This document shows positions 18,835 through 20,000 of a stretch of 20,000 bases of DNA, piece by piece. Made by a program: the position numbers and the translations under genes. Position 1 is the first letter of the stretch. Every line of letters begins with the position of its first letter. The notes below the pieces were generated by a model. The model was not told the origin of the DNA. It saw only the letters and a program-made list of their open reading frames with translations, and searched no databases. The stretch is from Trichomonas gallinae. Taxonomy: Eukaryota. The DNA lies in the NCBI GenBank assembly GCA_008369845.1, contig MRSU01010422.1, positions 49,276 through 69,275 on the forward strand, read 5' to 3'.

Positions 18835-20000
18835 TTTTTAAATTGTTTAATCGTAAAGATAGAATTTTATTAATGACATCGTTTCATCATTAACATAGTA
18901 TTTTATTTATGCTATTGTTTATAATCATAATTGTTTAAATCATACCCTTAATTTTCAGTCTTTGCAACTTTTTCGAAAAATTATTAAAAGTAACGGAGAA
19001 AGTCAACTAGGATATATGTCATGCAAAAAAATCGCATTGCAGTGATTTTCATCAAAAATAGTATATACTGCTAAGAGTAGAAGTCATTTGGAAGTGTTAG
19101 TTGCAAAAATTAAATTTGCGACATTTTGCTGAATAGTCGATATCAGTCAATCAGTTTTCAGCACACATATACATGATATCCAGTCGTGATCAGGATATCT
19201 TTATTTTTTGAAAATAAAGATATATAGAAATTTGATCTAGATTGATGTTTATATGGAAAGCAGAATATTGATATATCATTCTATGGATAGATTTCTCATC
19301 AAATTATGTGGAAAAATAGGATTTGTTAGATTATATTATTTTCAAAAAAAATTTAAACCAAATATCAATAGATCTAAGTAAATATTGATAAAAATTGTTT
19401 ATGCTTGTATATTCTACTGTGAAAAGTGCAAAATTTACATATTCAATGAACAATTGCATTAGATTATAGTTCTAGGCTTGTGTATTTTATGCATTCATAG
19501 AACAAATTCATTATATATGTGTATGTGATGTAGTAGAGGAGTTTAAATATAGTTTTGCTTGTAATCAGATCTTAAAGATTTTACAAAGCTGAAATATGAG
19601 TCACAAATCAAATTTTTTGAATATCTATATTGCATATAGGAATATAGTATTGCTGTTTGAAGATAGAAAAGAATTTTTAGACCAAATGGAATATGCATGT
19701 CAAAATTAGGTTTTAAAAGATGATACAAGAAATATTGGGCTAAACACAGGCTTAGAAATCAATTTTTAGATATAGTAAAGTGTAACAAAGGATATTCATC
19801 ATGACATTGATATTTTAGATGAAATCTTCTCATCTAGCATAAATATAAAGATTTCCTACACTACAGTCAAACAACATATTATATGCATATAAATAGTCTA
19901 GTTTAGTATGGTAGAATGGTATAAACACATTTTTTGAGCATCAATATGCTCAATTTTTGTAAATTGTGTGTTTAGATGCGTTTACATATTTCAACATCAT

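Noticed and set aside
18835..20000. 1.1-kb region without a credible gene, including the 61-aa ORF 19543-19728
   Set aside because: It may be decayed coding or repeat DNA, but I found no recognisable motif, terminal repeat or structure; BLASTX/BLASTN would be needed.

Overview
AT-rich, gene-dense eukaryotic DNA with no introns that I could detect. It most resembles a trichomonad/parabasalid (Trichomonas vaginalis-like) genome, inferred from DUF3447-type ankyrin genes, Inr-like TCAYW and AAAAGTGACA motifs next to start codons, and very short intergenic regions. It holds ten apparently intact genes: a Myb/SANT + U-box protein (runs off the left edge, absent from the ORF track), a TTC1-like TPR protein, a DUF3447-ankyrin protein, a multi-pass membrane protein, a METTL13/EEF1AKMT4-like methyltransferase, an EGF + IPT/TIG surface protein, a 518-aa hypothetical, a BAR-like + SH3 protein, a SCYL1/Cex1-like pseudokinase and an importin-beta-like HEAT protein. 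There are also two decayed ankyrin pseudogenes and several small tandem repeats. The most unusual structures are an exactly 18-bp-phased array of a promoter-like motif upstream of the SCYL1-like gene, an expanded acidic-tryptophan motif tail in that protein, the Myb + U-box fusion, and a 24-bp-periodic intergenic segment. I saw no RNA gene, CRISPR array or intact mobile element, and I cannot claim a new multi-gene system from this sequence alone. All family assignments are by-eye motif recognition, not database results.
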